DNA of 64,000 bases from NCBI GenBank assembly GCA_040285855.1, contig JAUFOQ010000001.1, forward strand, positions 3,348,001 to 3,412,000, in the 5' to 3' direction. This DNA is from Eukaryota sp. GEM-RC1. Taxonomy: Eukaryota. A model generated the notes under the pieces. That model saw nothing but the letters and a program-made list of their open reading frames with translations. It had not been told where the DNA came from and ran no database searches. Both the position numbers and the translations under genes were made by a program. Every line of letters begins with the position of its first letter. Position 1 is the stretch's first letter. Below are positions 1-12,090 of this stretch, piece after piece.

Positions 1-857
1 CTTGAATTCTATTGTCATTTGGCAAATTGTGTATACATCATGGAAAGAATTATGATGACATTTATTCGAGAGAAAGGTTGTCCTTGTATAAGTGTTTTGA
101 TTCGACTTCAAACCGTCTCTTTGTATTGAGACATGAATGTGAGATGATCAGCTGTAATAATATTGACGGTAGTCCATACTCTGCAATTTGTAAATAAAAG
201 ACGTTTTGTCTTCAAGTGAAGATATGCTCCGTTTAGTTAGTACTGACACATGACAATGTATTTGGAAGATGCATTCTGTTTGAAAAATGATCAGTACATG
301 TATGTTGAAGTTTCTTTTTTTGAAAAGTAAAAATGGTCACTTTCCTAAACCAAATAATTGCCCAATTAATGTTAGCAAATGTGATACTGTAATTGCAATT
401 CAATGTTAATTGTTTGTATTAAGATCTATTTATTGACAACAACACTACGGTGTACATACATCTAATAATCAATATCCTCAAAGTCCAGATTGCCTATCGG
501 GAAATTTTGACCTTATCCTCATAATGTCTGCCAGGGAGATAATAAAGCGCTGGATACAGGAGTTATCATTCCTTTAAAGATAGCAAACACAATTCGATTT
601 TCCAAAATCTAAGATCAAAATTCGTTGATTTTGGTATTCTACAATATACGTGTACTTACAAAATAAACGCCTTTTATTTCTTAATCGTACAAGTAAAGAC
701 TATCATTAATATTAACAAATGATATACCAATTACTCTACAATCTACATCATCTCAAGATTCATCTTCCCAAAAATTTAAAGTAAAGTAATTAACTGATGC
801 TGCAATTGTTCCATGCCTTGACCATACTATGCACAAGATTTTCCTACATCACCTTCC

Positions 858-1754
858 ATGTCTGATCCTAAACCTCCACTCAAGAGTAGTCGTTTACTAG
901 ATGACTTCTCCACTACTGACAATGACGACTTGTCAGATACACTGTCATCCGCTCCTTACCCTTCCAAATGTATACACCTACAACAGTCTCTGTTATTCTT
1001 GATATGTCTTCAATTGTTTAGACGTCTAGTTAAGTCTTCTCTCGCGAACACAAGTTTCTATTTTCTACGGCATCTCAGCTATTTAACCCGAGATTTAATG
1101 ATCTTTTTCAACAAAGTTGGCTATGTAAGCCATCATTTCTTTGATACTACAGTTCTTGTAGTCAAAGAGTTTGTTAAATCCAACACGTTTCATGTCACAC
1201 CTGAATCATTTCCCCTCCTACAGTCATTTGCTTCTTTCTTTGGAGCAGAGGTGCAGTCTGTTTCCTTCGAGGTAAAGGGGACCTTTAATGTTGACATGTT
1301 TCTTAGCTATTCTAATATTATGACAGGATTAGAGATCTACTTAGAGAATTCCAGTGACTTAGACTTCCTCAACAAGTCTTCTTCTTTATTTCCACGACTT
1401 AAAGAACTTCAAGTGCATCCTGTTGATTCTCTTTCCTTGACATTGAAATTGATTGAATTATTGAAAGTTAATACTACAGTTACAAGTATTATTCTCGATC
1501 AAATCTCTGTTGGAGCTGAAGGTGTTAGAGCATTGGCAGAGATGTTGAAAGTTAATTCCACATTGACACATATTGATCTGTGTTACATAACTATTGGAGA
1601 TGAAGGTGCCAAAGCTTTGGCAGATGCTTTGAAAGTTAATACTGCAGTCACCAGTATTTTTCTGGATGATAGCTCCATTGCAGGTGTAGGTATTAAAGCA
1701 TTGGCAGGGGTTTCTAAAGTTAATACTACAGTCACAATGACTTTTTTTAATTAA
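858..1754 (+). pseudogene. 3'-truncated RNI-like (NLRC3-type) LRR protein, paralog of 54272-55924
   Basis: The first ~210 aa are near-identical to ORF 54272 (MSDPKPPLK.SRLLDD...). Only ~3 of the 28-aa LRRs (IGDEGAKALADALKVNT) follow before the frame runs into AT-rich retroelement sequence at ~1740. Confidence 0.85.
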
Positions 1755-1990
1755 TAGTCATTTATTCATGTAATATACTAAAAAACCTAAAATTTGATAT
1801 CATTAAAACAACTAAGCCAATCACTATCAAATCTTACAACAGCTTTATTCTCACAAAAGGAACTCACTGCTAATAAAGCTTTGGAGATGATTAGGGTAAT
1901 TGTTTTAAAAACAGTAAAAGCAATACGATTCAATCGCATATGTTCAATGCGTTTATTCATCCTATTATTTCGAAATCCTTTGAACAAAAT
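1755..1990 (-). mobile_element. 3' end fragment of RLE-type non-LTR retrotransposon
   Basis: Minus-strand NRIAFTVFK resembles NRIVFSLYR of 7541-7897. The tail ENKAVVRFDSDWLSCFNDIKF resembles EDKAHVRSDSDVSCCNDIKF at 32085. AATAAA and a short A run lie on the minus strand at the LRR junction. Confidence 0.55.
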
Positions 1991-2476
1991 CAACGCATAT
2001 GTTCCTAAGCGGCCATAGATTAATCCATCAAAAGGCCATAGTTCTTATTCAACATGTTTTAGAGCCATTAATGGTTTCTTGTACTTATTCTAAAACGTAA
2101 AATTGATTTGAATTCCAAGAAGTATTGTACTACTCTCAGTAGTACAATGCCATGGTACCTGTAATAACAATTGATCAATGATGTTTCTGTCTACATTTTT
2201 TGTATTTCAATTTTTAACAAACGTCTCACAATGTATTAGGTTTGCTTTTGCTCACGTAGCATGAATCTTTGAGATTACACCATTTTGTTTCTGAGGACGG
2301 TCATTGAATGGGGATGGCCGTTGGGTGGGAAATTAGTAAAGACGCAGATGGAACTACTGTAGATACCGCTTTAAGTCCAGATCCGTTTGCTCACCAACTA
2401 TTCACATGACCTTTTCAATTCCTCCAGCTGAAACCCTGGCCGCTCTGTTCAATGAACCTTTCCTGTGTGATCAAAC

Positions 2477-3080
2477 TAGGGATGTTAAATGGTTCAGTTC
2501 AGTTCAGTTCAGTTCACTACTAGTATGAACCGGTACTGAACCGGTTCACCACCTCGCTGAACTGAACTGAACTTGTACTGAACCGGTTCTGAACCGTGGT
2601 TCAGTTTAATAAGTGTACTCAATAACAGAATTCAACTCAAATGTGTCAATAAAGTGAACGAAAACATAAATTTATTAGCTTGAAAATAGAGTTAGAGTTA
2701 TCTACATGTTCTAATCTAGGTTTGATTTAAGCCATGAGTCCAAACATACAAGAGATTGTACAGACTCTTTCACTTAATTTCGCCCTCTTCTTATTGGCAA
2801 TAAGTCCAGAAAATAAACGTTCAGATGCAACACTAGTGGGTTGAATAGAAGCTATTGCGAAAAATAAAGATGATAAACGAGGATAAGACTGTTTGTTGGT
2901 TTAATGTGGAATTAATGACAGACGAATAGTCATCGATAGTAACAGCAACATTCTGAGAGTCATCAGTGTTATCAGAAACACTGTAACACGACAAATCGGT
3001 CGTCAGAGATGTCCATCATGTTAAGAGAAGATTTTGAAGATAAGTAAAATGAGTTTAGGTGGAAGGAAACAATATACAGT
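2477..3080 (-). mobile_element. One-ended hAT transposon remnant
   Basis: Terminus TAGGGATGTTAAA (shared with the 7452 element), (GTTCA)n/TGAACCGG subterminal repeats, and a minus-strand hAT dimerization motif YPRLSSLFFAIASIQPTSVASERLFSG..KKRAKLS at ~2740-2900. The inner boundary is approximate. Confidence 0.8.
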
Positions 3081-4335
3081 GTACATAGAAACCATCACAT
3101 TTGACGGAGAGTCAATGACCGTAAACAAAGCCATACTAGCAACTCACTCAACATACTTTCGAAATCTCTGGTTCTTGGAATTTGGAGACAAGCATAAGAA
3201 TCCAGTTGATTTCTCCCATCTTCCTGTCGATTGCGCACACTTCTGTTCTTTTATTGAGTCATTTTATGGAAAACCTTTCCCTCTCAATGAGAGCAATGTT
3301 TACGAACTTTTCTATCTCGCACACTATTTCCTAGTGGATAAAATGATTGAACAAGTGGCAACTCATCTAAAAACCCATTCTATCAACTGGGCTTGGTTAA
3401 ATCCATTTATTGCAGAAGCAAGTAAACGAAATGATTTGAGGGCTCTGCAATTCATTGCTCCTTTCCTTCCTACCGTTTCCGACCTATCAACTGATGATAT
3501 CATGAATCTCTCTACAGCAGGGTTTAAAACAATGGCCAAATATTGCACCTCCAAACAATCACTATCGTGGTTCATAGGATCGATTGTGGAATCAATTCAT
3601 AATCAAGATTTCGACTTGAATGAATTTTCCATAATTTTGAATTCATGTCCAATTGGGGCTCTTTCCTCTCAACACTGGGATGAGTTTCTCTTCGTCCCGT
3701 TACAAGAAGTTGAGGAGTTAGAGGACGATCTAAAGACGTTTTGGTGCTCAAGAGTTAAGCAGTTGACGAAAGACGAACTTCATAAACAAAAACGGGTAAT
3801 CGATGAGTTGAAAACAAATCTTACAGAAATCCAAACGATTTATCAATCTAAAACGAATCGATTCTCTCAAACTCGCAAACATTGGGATCTGGAAGTCAGT
3901 CAACACAATCAAAGAGTCGCTGTAGCAACTGGTAGTGGTGGCTGCATAGTAAAAAATATATTGGGAGAAGATCCTCTTATTCCAGGTATGATATACAATT
4001 GGAAGTTGAGGTACCAGGGGTATATTTCTGGCCTTGTTGTGGGAGTCATTGACGAGTCACGGTTTGATACTGGTGGTCACTGTTCTGCGAATGCTCATTG
4101 TTTTTACAATAATGGTAGTGTTTGTGGTTGTCTGTCAGGCGATCACCAACAGTGGAAACCAAATGAATTGCTTCAAGTTAATGTAAATCTAATCGATTAC
4201 ACTATTACAATCAAAACTATGGGCATTTCTACTATAAGACTCAGTGGATATCTTCCTAGATTACGTAGTGGTCATTATTATTACTCATACGCAAGGCTGT
4301 GTTTCCCCAACCATGTACTGGAAATGGTTGAATAA
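3049..4335 (+). CDS. BTB/POZ - helical - coiled coil - SPRY/B30.2-like protein
   Basis: BTB motif (VNKAILATHSTYFRNLW...LNESNVYELFYLAHYFLVDKM), a coiled coil (KRVIDELKTNLTEIQ), and a SPRY-like C-terminus (YNWKLRY..GLVVGVID..WKPNELLQVNVNLIDYTITI). Confidence 0.8.
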   Translation: MSLGGRKQYTVYIETITFDGESMTVNKAILATHSTYFRNLWFLEFGDKHKNPVDFSHLPVDCAHFCSFIESFYGKPFPLNESNVYELFYLAHYFLVDKMIEQVATHLKTHSINWAWLNPFIAEASKRNDLRALQFIAPFLPTVSDLSTDDIMNLSTAGFKTMAKYCTSKQSLSWFIGSIVESIHNQDFDLNEFSIILNSCPIGALSSQHWDEFLFVPLQEVEELEDDLKTFWCSRVKQLTKDELHKQKRVIDELKTNLTEIQTIYQSKTNRFSQTRKHWDLEVSQHNQRVAVATGSGGCIVKNILGEDPLIPGMIYNWKLRYQGYISGLVVGVIDESRFDTGGHCSANAHCFYNNGSVCGCLSGDHQQWKPNELLQVNVNLIDYTITIKTMGISTIRLSGYLPRLRSGHYYYSYARLCFPNHVLEMVE

Positions 4336-4879
4336 AGATGTGAAAATATGTTCACTGCATATGAATTGGATGATACACAACTGATATTGATATTATACTA
4401 ATCATTGTGACTAAGTGACAAGCATTTCGTACTGATACATCGTGGAGAGAAAATGTTGGTTGTATGTGTGTGTTTGAAATCTTAAACTACTTTTTTCCCA
4501 CAAGTGTTAGTTGGCACTAGTATGTCTTTAAACAGAATGTCACATCATGATCTATTCTGTGAACTAAAATAGACTTACAAAGTCTTTAAATGTCACTTTA
4601 ATAACTGATGTGAATACTTCAACCGCTTGTTTGTCTGAAAACCAAATCAAGACTGATATTGGCGGTAGTCGTGACTAAATGTTCAATATACGCTGGTAAT
4701 TTTAATTAATTGGCTCCAATCAAAACACATCAGTTCGGAAGGCACAAAACAATTCAAACTGTCACAATTTAAAACACCTTTTTGATTTTCAGTAACAGAG
4801 GACTTGAAACATTCCAAGTAATAGAGTTAAATGAAAAATCGTGTTTTCAACATTTTACTATTTCTCGTATTGAATCGGC

Positions 4880-5460
4880 TGCTCCTACCGATCATCAACT
4901 TTGCTCAACGATTGCATCATTTTGTTCTTGAATTTGTTAATCGTTTCCCTAATGATGCTTCACCTATTAACCCAACAAATTGAAATGATTACTTGACTTA
5001 AACGAAGCTTTGAACAAATTTCCTTTTGACGTCTGATCTCAATGTTTCCAATAATCTGTGTGTGAGATACCTTTAAGACGTTTGAATGATCTTCCGTGTT
5101 GTCTGAAAGAACTAAAACAGAAGCTAACGAATGTTTTTGAAAACCTGGATTATAATGTTCGACTTGCATTTGTTGAAATAAGGTCAAGGAACCAAATCGC
5201 GTTTTTTTTCGCAAATTGTTTGATGGATGTTTTTAACAGCTCTGGCTGCTTGTCTGATTACTAATATGCCTCAAGATTACGGTCTCTATCGTGCTGTAAC
5301 TCTTTGTCATTACCCATGCGTTTATGGTCGTTTGTTTGGCCTGATAACCTTCCACATAATTTGAACTGCAACTGTGGGAAATCAGTGACAATCTACGCAT
5401 TAATTGAATTGAATTGTAACCGTTCTATTTCTTTTTAGAAGTAAGGTTCATGAGTCAGAA
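4880..5460 (+). mobile_element. Degenerate RLE-type retrotransposon fragment (Zn-knuckle region)
   Basis: WPDNLPHNLNCNCGKSVT followed by ..CNRSISF..SKVHES, matching WPDNLPHNLKCKCGQS..CNRFISFRSKVHDS at 32085-32411. Multiple stops and frameshifts; the 5' boundary is approximate. Confidence 0.7.
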
Positions 5461-5839
5461 GAGTGTTGTGTAAGGAGAGGAATCTAAGTTTAAGTTTAGA
5501 ATGTTTGAGTGGATAAGCCACATTCTGTTACCAGTTAATCAAAGTACGAAATTCCTTCTCTCTCTCGTTTGGTCCAAAAATTACACAACTTTGGTGTGAA
5601 GATTAAATTAAATAAACGTAATCTTTCACCTGATAAATATGAATGATTTCTTCGTTTGTACCTATCAAGAATTTCTCTTTTACAAATGTATTTATACAAA
5701 TAAATCAAAGTAAAAAAACATTACTCAGTGATCAGTGACAATGATATGCTTTTTGCCATCACTGCTCATAGTTTGGATTGATGAAACACTTCGAGTGTGA
5801 TAAGTTGTTAAGCTAAGTTTCAGTTATAATTTTACCTGC

Positions 5840-6739
5840 ATGGCTGTTCAGACCAATTCTTCACCAAACAACCTCAATAAGGACCAACAACAAGTTACGT
5901 CACCTCCAGCTGTTGAAAACACTGCTGATGGACCAACAATTGAAGTCATGACTCCTTCCACGGACGTATCTCTCACTAACCCAATTGAAGTAATGTTTTC
6001 CTATGTTAGCCCAGGTATTGCGTTCTACAAAGAAACCGTGAATTACAAAGGAACTTCTGATCTTGAAGCTTTTACAGATTGTCTTTTTGATGCATATGTA
6101 GCAGAAGCAGTATCCAACGGCAAACCACACGCACCCAAGTCAGACCTCCTGCTTAGATACAGAACGTCTCCTCAAAGCTCCTGGGAACTCAACCTCACAA
6201 CTGACCTTCTCCAACAGTATCTCTCTCTAGAGAATCCAGCATTGCCTCTATTCTACGTACACATTGCTCCAAAGACCTTCACTAGGAAGGAATTTGACAA
6301 ATTGTGCAAAGAACGTAACACATACACATCAATCGCGAATCAGTCTGAACCTGTTACTGTTCCCCAGCTCAAAAGGACCCATGACGAGATTTATGGACCT
6401 GACGTGGCCTGGAGAACATGGATAAGTATGTATGAATCTGGAAAATACTCTATAACTACGCTGCCTTCTGAACTTGCTCATCTATTTGCTCTTAAGGAGA
6501 ACAAACCAAGTCTCCGCCTGACCCCAGATCCAGCTTTCGTTCAGAGTATTGTTGCTTTTGTTTCAGACAGACTCACAGCCATGAACTTGGAGGTAAAGAA
6601 GATGATGGAAGCTGAACATGAACGTCTTTTGGTTGATCTCAAGGAGTATATTAGAACTGGACGATTCAGACGCTCTTCTGAAACTTCTGATCACTCCAAT
6701 GCTGAACCTGTTAAGAAACTTCATGCCAATGATTCTTGA
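5840..6739 (+). CDS. Uncharacterised 299-aa protein (possible PB1/ubiquitin-like region, C-terminal coiled coil)
   Basis: Uninterrupted ATG-TGA ORF, higher in GC than its flanks, with protein-like composition. No confident family match. Confidence 0.7.
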   Translation: MAVQTNSSPNNLNKDQQQVTSPPAVENTADGPTIEVMTPSTDVSLTNPIEVMFSYVSPGIAFYKETVNYKGTSDLEAFTDCLFDAYVAEAVSNGKPHAPKSDLLLRYRTSPQSSWELNLTTDLLQQYLSLENPALPLFYVHIAPKTFTRKEFDKLCKERNTYTSIANQSEPVTVPQLKRTHDEIYGPDVAWRTWISMYESGKYSITTLPSELAHLFALKENKPSLRLTPDPAFVQSIVAFVSDRLTAMNLEVKKMMEAEHERLLVDLKEYIRTGRFRRSSETSDHSNAEPVKKLHANDS

Positions 6740-7022
6740 TGGTTTTGCTTTATTTAATTAGAATAGAACTGTACTTTCTGATCCAATACAGTGTTGTATT
6801 AATGTTCAAAGTAGTGTTTTTTATTCTTCGGTTTGAGATTTGGTAGATGTTTCATCTTTTATAGCTCCACAGATTTTGTACTGGTTTGGGCACTGATAGG
6901 ACTTGGAATCTTTGCTTTGGGAATGACTCGAGCAACTACTGGTAAAATACTGGTAGTAACGGATGAAAATTACTCCACTCGAGTTCTACTCCAAATTTCG
7001 ATGAGTTGGAGTCATGTTGGAG

Positions 7023-7112
7023 TAGTGAACGCTAACACGCAACACGTCCTAACACGTCCTAACACGTGTTAACACGTGTTAGATTCGATTTTGAACGTGT
7101 TAGCGTACACTG
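7023..7112. mobile_element. 90-bp hAT-type MITE
   Basis: TIRs TAGTGAACGCTAACACG / CGTGTTAGCGTACACTG, perfect 8-bp TSD TGTTGGAG (7015-7022, 7113-7120), internal AACACG repeats. Confidence 0.9.
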
Positions 7113-7451
7113 TGTTGGAGTTCTATAAGAATTATACCTGTAAGTCGAGTGCGTGTGAAACGCAATATTTCGTTAACATTTCTGAACAAGTAGTGTCTAC
7201 TATTACAAAGTTGCAAGGAACTTCTACATACATGTACTAGTCCATGTTACCAAATCAAATGTGTCAGTAAATCAACTATTTGTGTGATGAGAGACAATTA
7301 CTAATCTTTTTAGCGTTTGAGTGTAATCTGGCATGAGACAACATCTTGAAAGATAGAGGTTTTGAATGTTTATACATAATTTCGCGTCATTTGTTTTGAG
7401 TACCATTTTCTCTAAATTTAAATTTGTTTAAAGGATGAAGGAGATATGAAC

Positions 7452-8591
7452 CAGGGATGTTAAAAAATATATTTTTATTTTATTTATTGCAATAAATATA
7501 AAATTAGGTTTTATGTTATAAATTAACGAAATACAAACAACTAGTACTTAAAAGATATTAAATGATCCACATCTACTCTTGAACTACAACGATACAATTT
7601 GTCCAGAATACGATTCAAATACTTTGGGAAACTTCTATATAAGGAAAAAACAATGCGATTGCGCCAAAGAGACTGATTAAAATTTTTCCTATGGTCACGA
7701 CACAACTTTGAAAAGGCACCAAAGAAATTTTCAGCAGCAATTCCAATATTACCAAGAATTGAAATAGCAAAAGGAATGAACTTAAAAGAAGAATACAAAT
7801 TGGAATTCAGTTTGATCATTGTGTCAGAATATGTACTAATTTTTCTTTTTTCAGCTTTGGATAAATGATTTTCAGTATCACTCGAAACTGAATTCAAATA
7901 TACTTTAGCACATAGATCAACAGTAGTAAAATATTATTTATTTATTGTCAACAGTTGGACCACCAATATATTTATTGTCTCAATCGGCAATATGCAATAA
8001 TATTGCAATATATTTCAATGTTGTGACAATATTTTTTCATGCTAAATTGTCGTGGTTTTCATTTGCAAATATCGATCTTTCTTCAAACAACTCGTTCAAC
8101 GTTGTCCCAATTTTATAAGATATGATACAAACAGTTGATCATACTGTTAGGAATCAAAATGACTAAAGATTTTAGTTGTTCGAAAGATTGTTCAGTCGTA
8201 CAATGCTTACTACGGGCACTCTTTGATCACGTTTGCACCCTTCAAGCCTTGAGAAACAGTGACTATTATTGTACAAATCGCAACTTTGACATGAAAATAC
8301 TATTGGAAGCATTTTTCTCCACAGTCCTTGTCAATATTTGTTGCACCAAGATTGGGATGTAATCGACAAAGAATAGACTGTATTACTACCTCAGAAATTA
8401 TTTCCCTGATTGATCATAAACCCTGTTTTTTCTACATTACACTAGTACTAGAGACATTGGCAATAAATATATGTATTTATTGTCAAATTTGACGATATCA
8501 ATAAATTTATTGTGGTGTTGACAAGATCAATATATTTATTGTAAACCCACACAATATTGTATTTATTCAAATATATTTTTTAACATCCCTG
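7452..8591. mobile_element. Non-autonomous hAT element containing a retrotransposon fragment
   Basis: TIRs CAGGGATGTTAAAAAATATATTT / AAATATATTTTTTAACATCCCTG, TSD ATATGAAC / ATATAAAC (7/8), TATTTATTG subterminal repeats. Confidence 0.9.
7500..7932 (-). mobile_element. 5'-truncated RLE-type non-LTR retrotransposon (C-terminal endonuclease part)
   Basis: FTTVD...AEKRKISTY...FIPFAISILGNIG...WRNRIVFSL, homologous to 46867-47283. Confidence 0.8.
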
Positions 8592-9901
8592 ATATAAACA
8601 GTTATCAACGTAGAAGCTATGAAATACTAGACACAGAAAATTGATGGACAACACTACAACAGTTTTTTTACAACTTTGTGATAATAAATTGAATATATTT
8701 AGTCATCAATCAGTACACTTTAGTGTAAGCGCCGAAAGTTTGATAAAAATATAAAAAAATACTTTGCAACCACACCATCACGGTGGATATCTAACAGTGT
8801 GTTTGTTCAGTATTTGTTTTAGTGTGGACGGAAACAATTTGAGTCACCAATGTATATACCTGGTAGAATTGACAAAAGCGTGAAATGAGAGGCATCTTGT
8901 ACAGACAAAATTCTGTAAGTTCAGTGTGAAGTGAAGTTTACCAGTGACATGAGTTAGAGTGAAGTTCACTTGTAAAATGTAATGTTTGGAATGAACTCGA
9001 GTTGGAGTTGACCATCACCAGTTTAGGATATTTATCTATAGTCAAAACTTTTTATTTCCTGAAACTCTATACAACGTAGGTCCAAATAGTCCTTCTATAA
9101 ACAGTTTTGACGGTATGTTAACCACTTTTATTTTTCAATAAAAGATGTTTCAGTATATTGATCTTTCCAATACAGTGTACATTGTACTGTACATGGAACA
9201 TATCTTCACTAAGGAATATATAAATTATAGAATAAAAAGCTGCATCTCTAAATGTATACCAATTACTCAATAAATATACACAACCCAATCACGAACTTTG
9301 ATGGACCATTTGGCCGTCCAACTTCTCAAGCGGTCGCCTGAATTTCGGCATTAGTCAGAACCAAAAAATTCGGTAGGAAGGAATCAAAAAATCTTTATAA
9401 ATTATGAAAAGTGATTTATTATGAGCACGTGATGTAATCTTCACAAATGAAGGTGACAATAATTAAGCTTAATTGTACCCACATCAATAAGTGACACTTC
9501 CCAAATTCAATCTACAAATGTTGTACTAGAGAAGTTTATCTCGGAAATTGAATTTGTCAAATCCATTTCTCATCCAACTAGAATGATTTTTACCCAAATC
9601 TAGTTCCACAATCTATCTTTTATTCAGAAACTTCAGAAGAAGTTTGGAAAAATTTGCTCATTACTATTTCTATGAATCAAAACATCAGCAGAATACACTG
9701 AGGTACTCTCAACATGGCCCATAAATAGATGCAAATTCCGTCGATGGAAATTGAAATGAGTCATTTTTGAAGAAATTGAAATCGTCGAATCTGTTCTCCA
9801 TAACTAACTAGAGGTGCTGCATTGGATTCAGAAACAGGTTCGTTGACCTCTACTGATTGATATTTGTCAAAGATCTGGACTTTAGCTAGACTGGTTTAGA
9901 T

Positions 9902-11336
9902 CATACCTGGGCATGACAACAAATTGAATTCTGTCATGACGTCATGACACTGCACATGACATGACAATATGACATAACAGTATGACAAGCAACCACTACT
10001 TCCTATAGATGGGAGCCGGCTCAAAATTTGATCACGGCTCAGCCGCAGGCATTAGCCAGCCGGCTGCGGCTTACAGCACATATTAGCCAGCTCAAGCCGG
10101 CTGAAGCCGGCTCAGCCTCATCGAGTTTTGTTTCGAGTATTTGGGCAGTTGCTTAAAAGTTTTATTGACTTGTTGGTTGATATATCAGTAAAATGATACA
10201 AAACCATTGTTAATGACAACTACACCGAGTTTCAGAACGACACAATACATACACCATTGATCAGTATATTCCAGTTTTCACAGATTTTACATGTGACTTA
10301 TTTTTGGGATTATCACTTATAAACTTGACGTTGATCAGTTAGTAATTACTTGAATCTGTGAAACAATCGTAACACCACTATGGAATTGGATGTCTGCCTA
10401 ATATGAGAAAACGGTACAGTAGTACTTTGAGAAGGAGCTTAATTGGTTCAAAAGAAACAAAGTCGTTGGCAGAAAATCTCTGACAGACTCCAGGTTTTTT
10501 ACTGTGTCAGAACACAGGTACTTCCGTTTTAAATGGAAATACAAGATGTAACAGACATATAAAGTGTCAGAAATATACACTGCGACAATGTACATAAGGC
10601 ATTAAATGTATTGTTAGTGCACCCAAGAAAAACAGTAGGGCCATTATTCGGCACATATCAACTATATTCACCAATTCTATTTTTGCTCGAACGTTGATAA
10701 ACATTAGTAGCCCTAAAATGTTCTGATATGCGCTGTAAATGATTATTTTCGATTTCCAAATTCATTATTCGTTCTTTATTAGCTGTGTTTTCAGAGAACC
10801 TAAAATATTCGGCTTGAGCCGGCTCAAAATCTTTTTAGCCAGCCGGCTTGCAGCTGGAAATATTTCTATTCTGGACCAGTCGGCTGGCTCGGCTAGCCGG
10901 CTAAGCCGGCTAAATTGAGCCGGCTCCCATCTCTGCTACTTCCAATATTTATTGATAGTTATTCAACAATAGTCTACATGTATGAATATTCTTTTAATTC
11001 TTCCTTTCCACAATTTTTCAGTTCTAATACTGCTAAGGAGCTCACTGAATAATCGTTTTGTACCGGCACGAGTTTGTGGCTCATTTGTTGTGATATAATT
11101 ACATCATCATCACTTTATATGTCATTTAAACTAAACCTTTTGCATATAAACTGGGAATATGAGATAATGTCACGATGGAAATGTATCTATAGAGGTTGTT
11201 TGGACAATGTCGGGCGACAAAGGATTCATTTGTTTCAGGTGTATTCGCAGCAATTAATTATCATTAAATGATATGTCATAATGCTAAACAAAAAACACAA
11301 TGGGGTCATGACGTCATGATGTCATGCCCAGGTATG
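9902..11336. mobile_element. Non-autonomous hAT element (ATGAC repeats), host of a nested element
   Basis: TIRs CATACCTGGGCATGACA / TGTCATGCCCAGGTATG, TSD GTTTAGAT / GTTGAGAT (7/8). Confidence 0.88.
10004..10935. mobile_element. Nested non-autonomous hAT element (AGCCGG repeats)
   Basis: TIRs TATAGATGGGAGCCGGCTCAA / TTGAGCCGGCTCCCATCTCTG, perfect TSD CTACTTCC (9996-10003, 10936-10943). Confidence 0.92.
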
Positions 11337-11783
11337 GTTGAGATCGAATTAGTTTAAAGAATACTGTAGAAAATAGTGATTAGTGAGAATAGAAATTGAC
11401 CATTTTTTAGCGTACTTATATTTAAAAATAATCGTTCATGTCACGCCAGAGATTGTCGTTCATACAGCTAATGCAATTGCAGTATGAACAATTGCCTAAT
11501 AGAAATATATGAAGATTTTATTTAGTTTAAATGATACCGTATTTTCTTGCATATTCTTCTCTATTGGACCTCTTCTAAGGGTATAACTATTAAGCAGAAG
11601 AAGATTACTGTAACAACCACAGAACTGTAGGTAAAAATGTAATAATTTTATTTGTTGTTTTATTCGAGTGTTTCACAAGCTGTTAAAGAGGGTGTAAAGA
11701 CTAAAAAACCGGTCAAGAACTACTTGGTGCTTCGTTAGTATACTTGAACTACTATAGAGAATAATTAAATCTATATCAAAGTA

Positions 11784-11856
11784 CAAATCGCTGAGTACAA
11801 CCCAAACGGTGTGTTTAACATGGATGAAACTGCACTGTTTTGGAAAGCCAGGCCAA
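11784..11856 (+). pseudogene. pogo/Tigger-type DDE transposase fragment
   Basis: Translates to QIAEYNPNGVFNMDETALFWKARP, the first catalytic-Asp motif of pogo transposases. Confidence 0.75.
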
Positions 11857-11990
11857 TAGCAGACAAAATGTTCACCGTCAACCATTAGTCCAACTAATCG
11901 ATGAGTTGTTCGTTCTGGGTGGTCACTGAGTGGTAGAATTTTTAATATAATAACTGGAACTTCGACCATGCTCAGATGTTTGTGTTTCAA

Positions 11991-12090
11991 TATCGTAGGT
12001 GTCCCAATACAAGCAACTTTATATCTTATACAAGCAAACACATTTTCTTGTTTGTATTGGAACCTTGCTTGTATTGGGACACCTACGATA
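11991..12090. mobile_element. 100-bp TA-flanked MITE (Tc1/mariner/pogo type)
   Basis: Perfect 26-bp inverted ends TATCGTAGGTGTCCCAATACAAGCAA / TTGCTTGTATTGGGACACCTACGATA, including terminal TA. Confidence 0.8.

Noticed and set aside
8135..8362. Small conserved gene (similar ORF at 37401-37610)
   Set aside because: The similarity is explained by both lying in copies of the same MITE.
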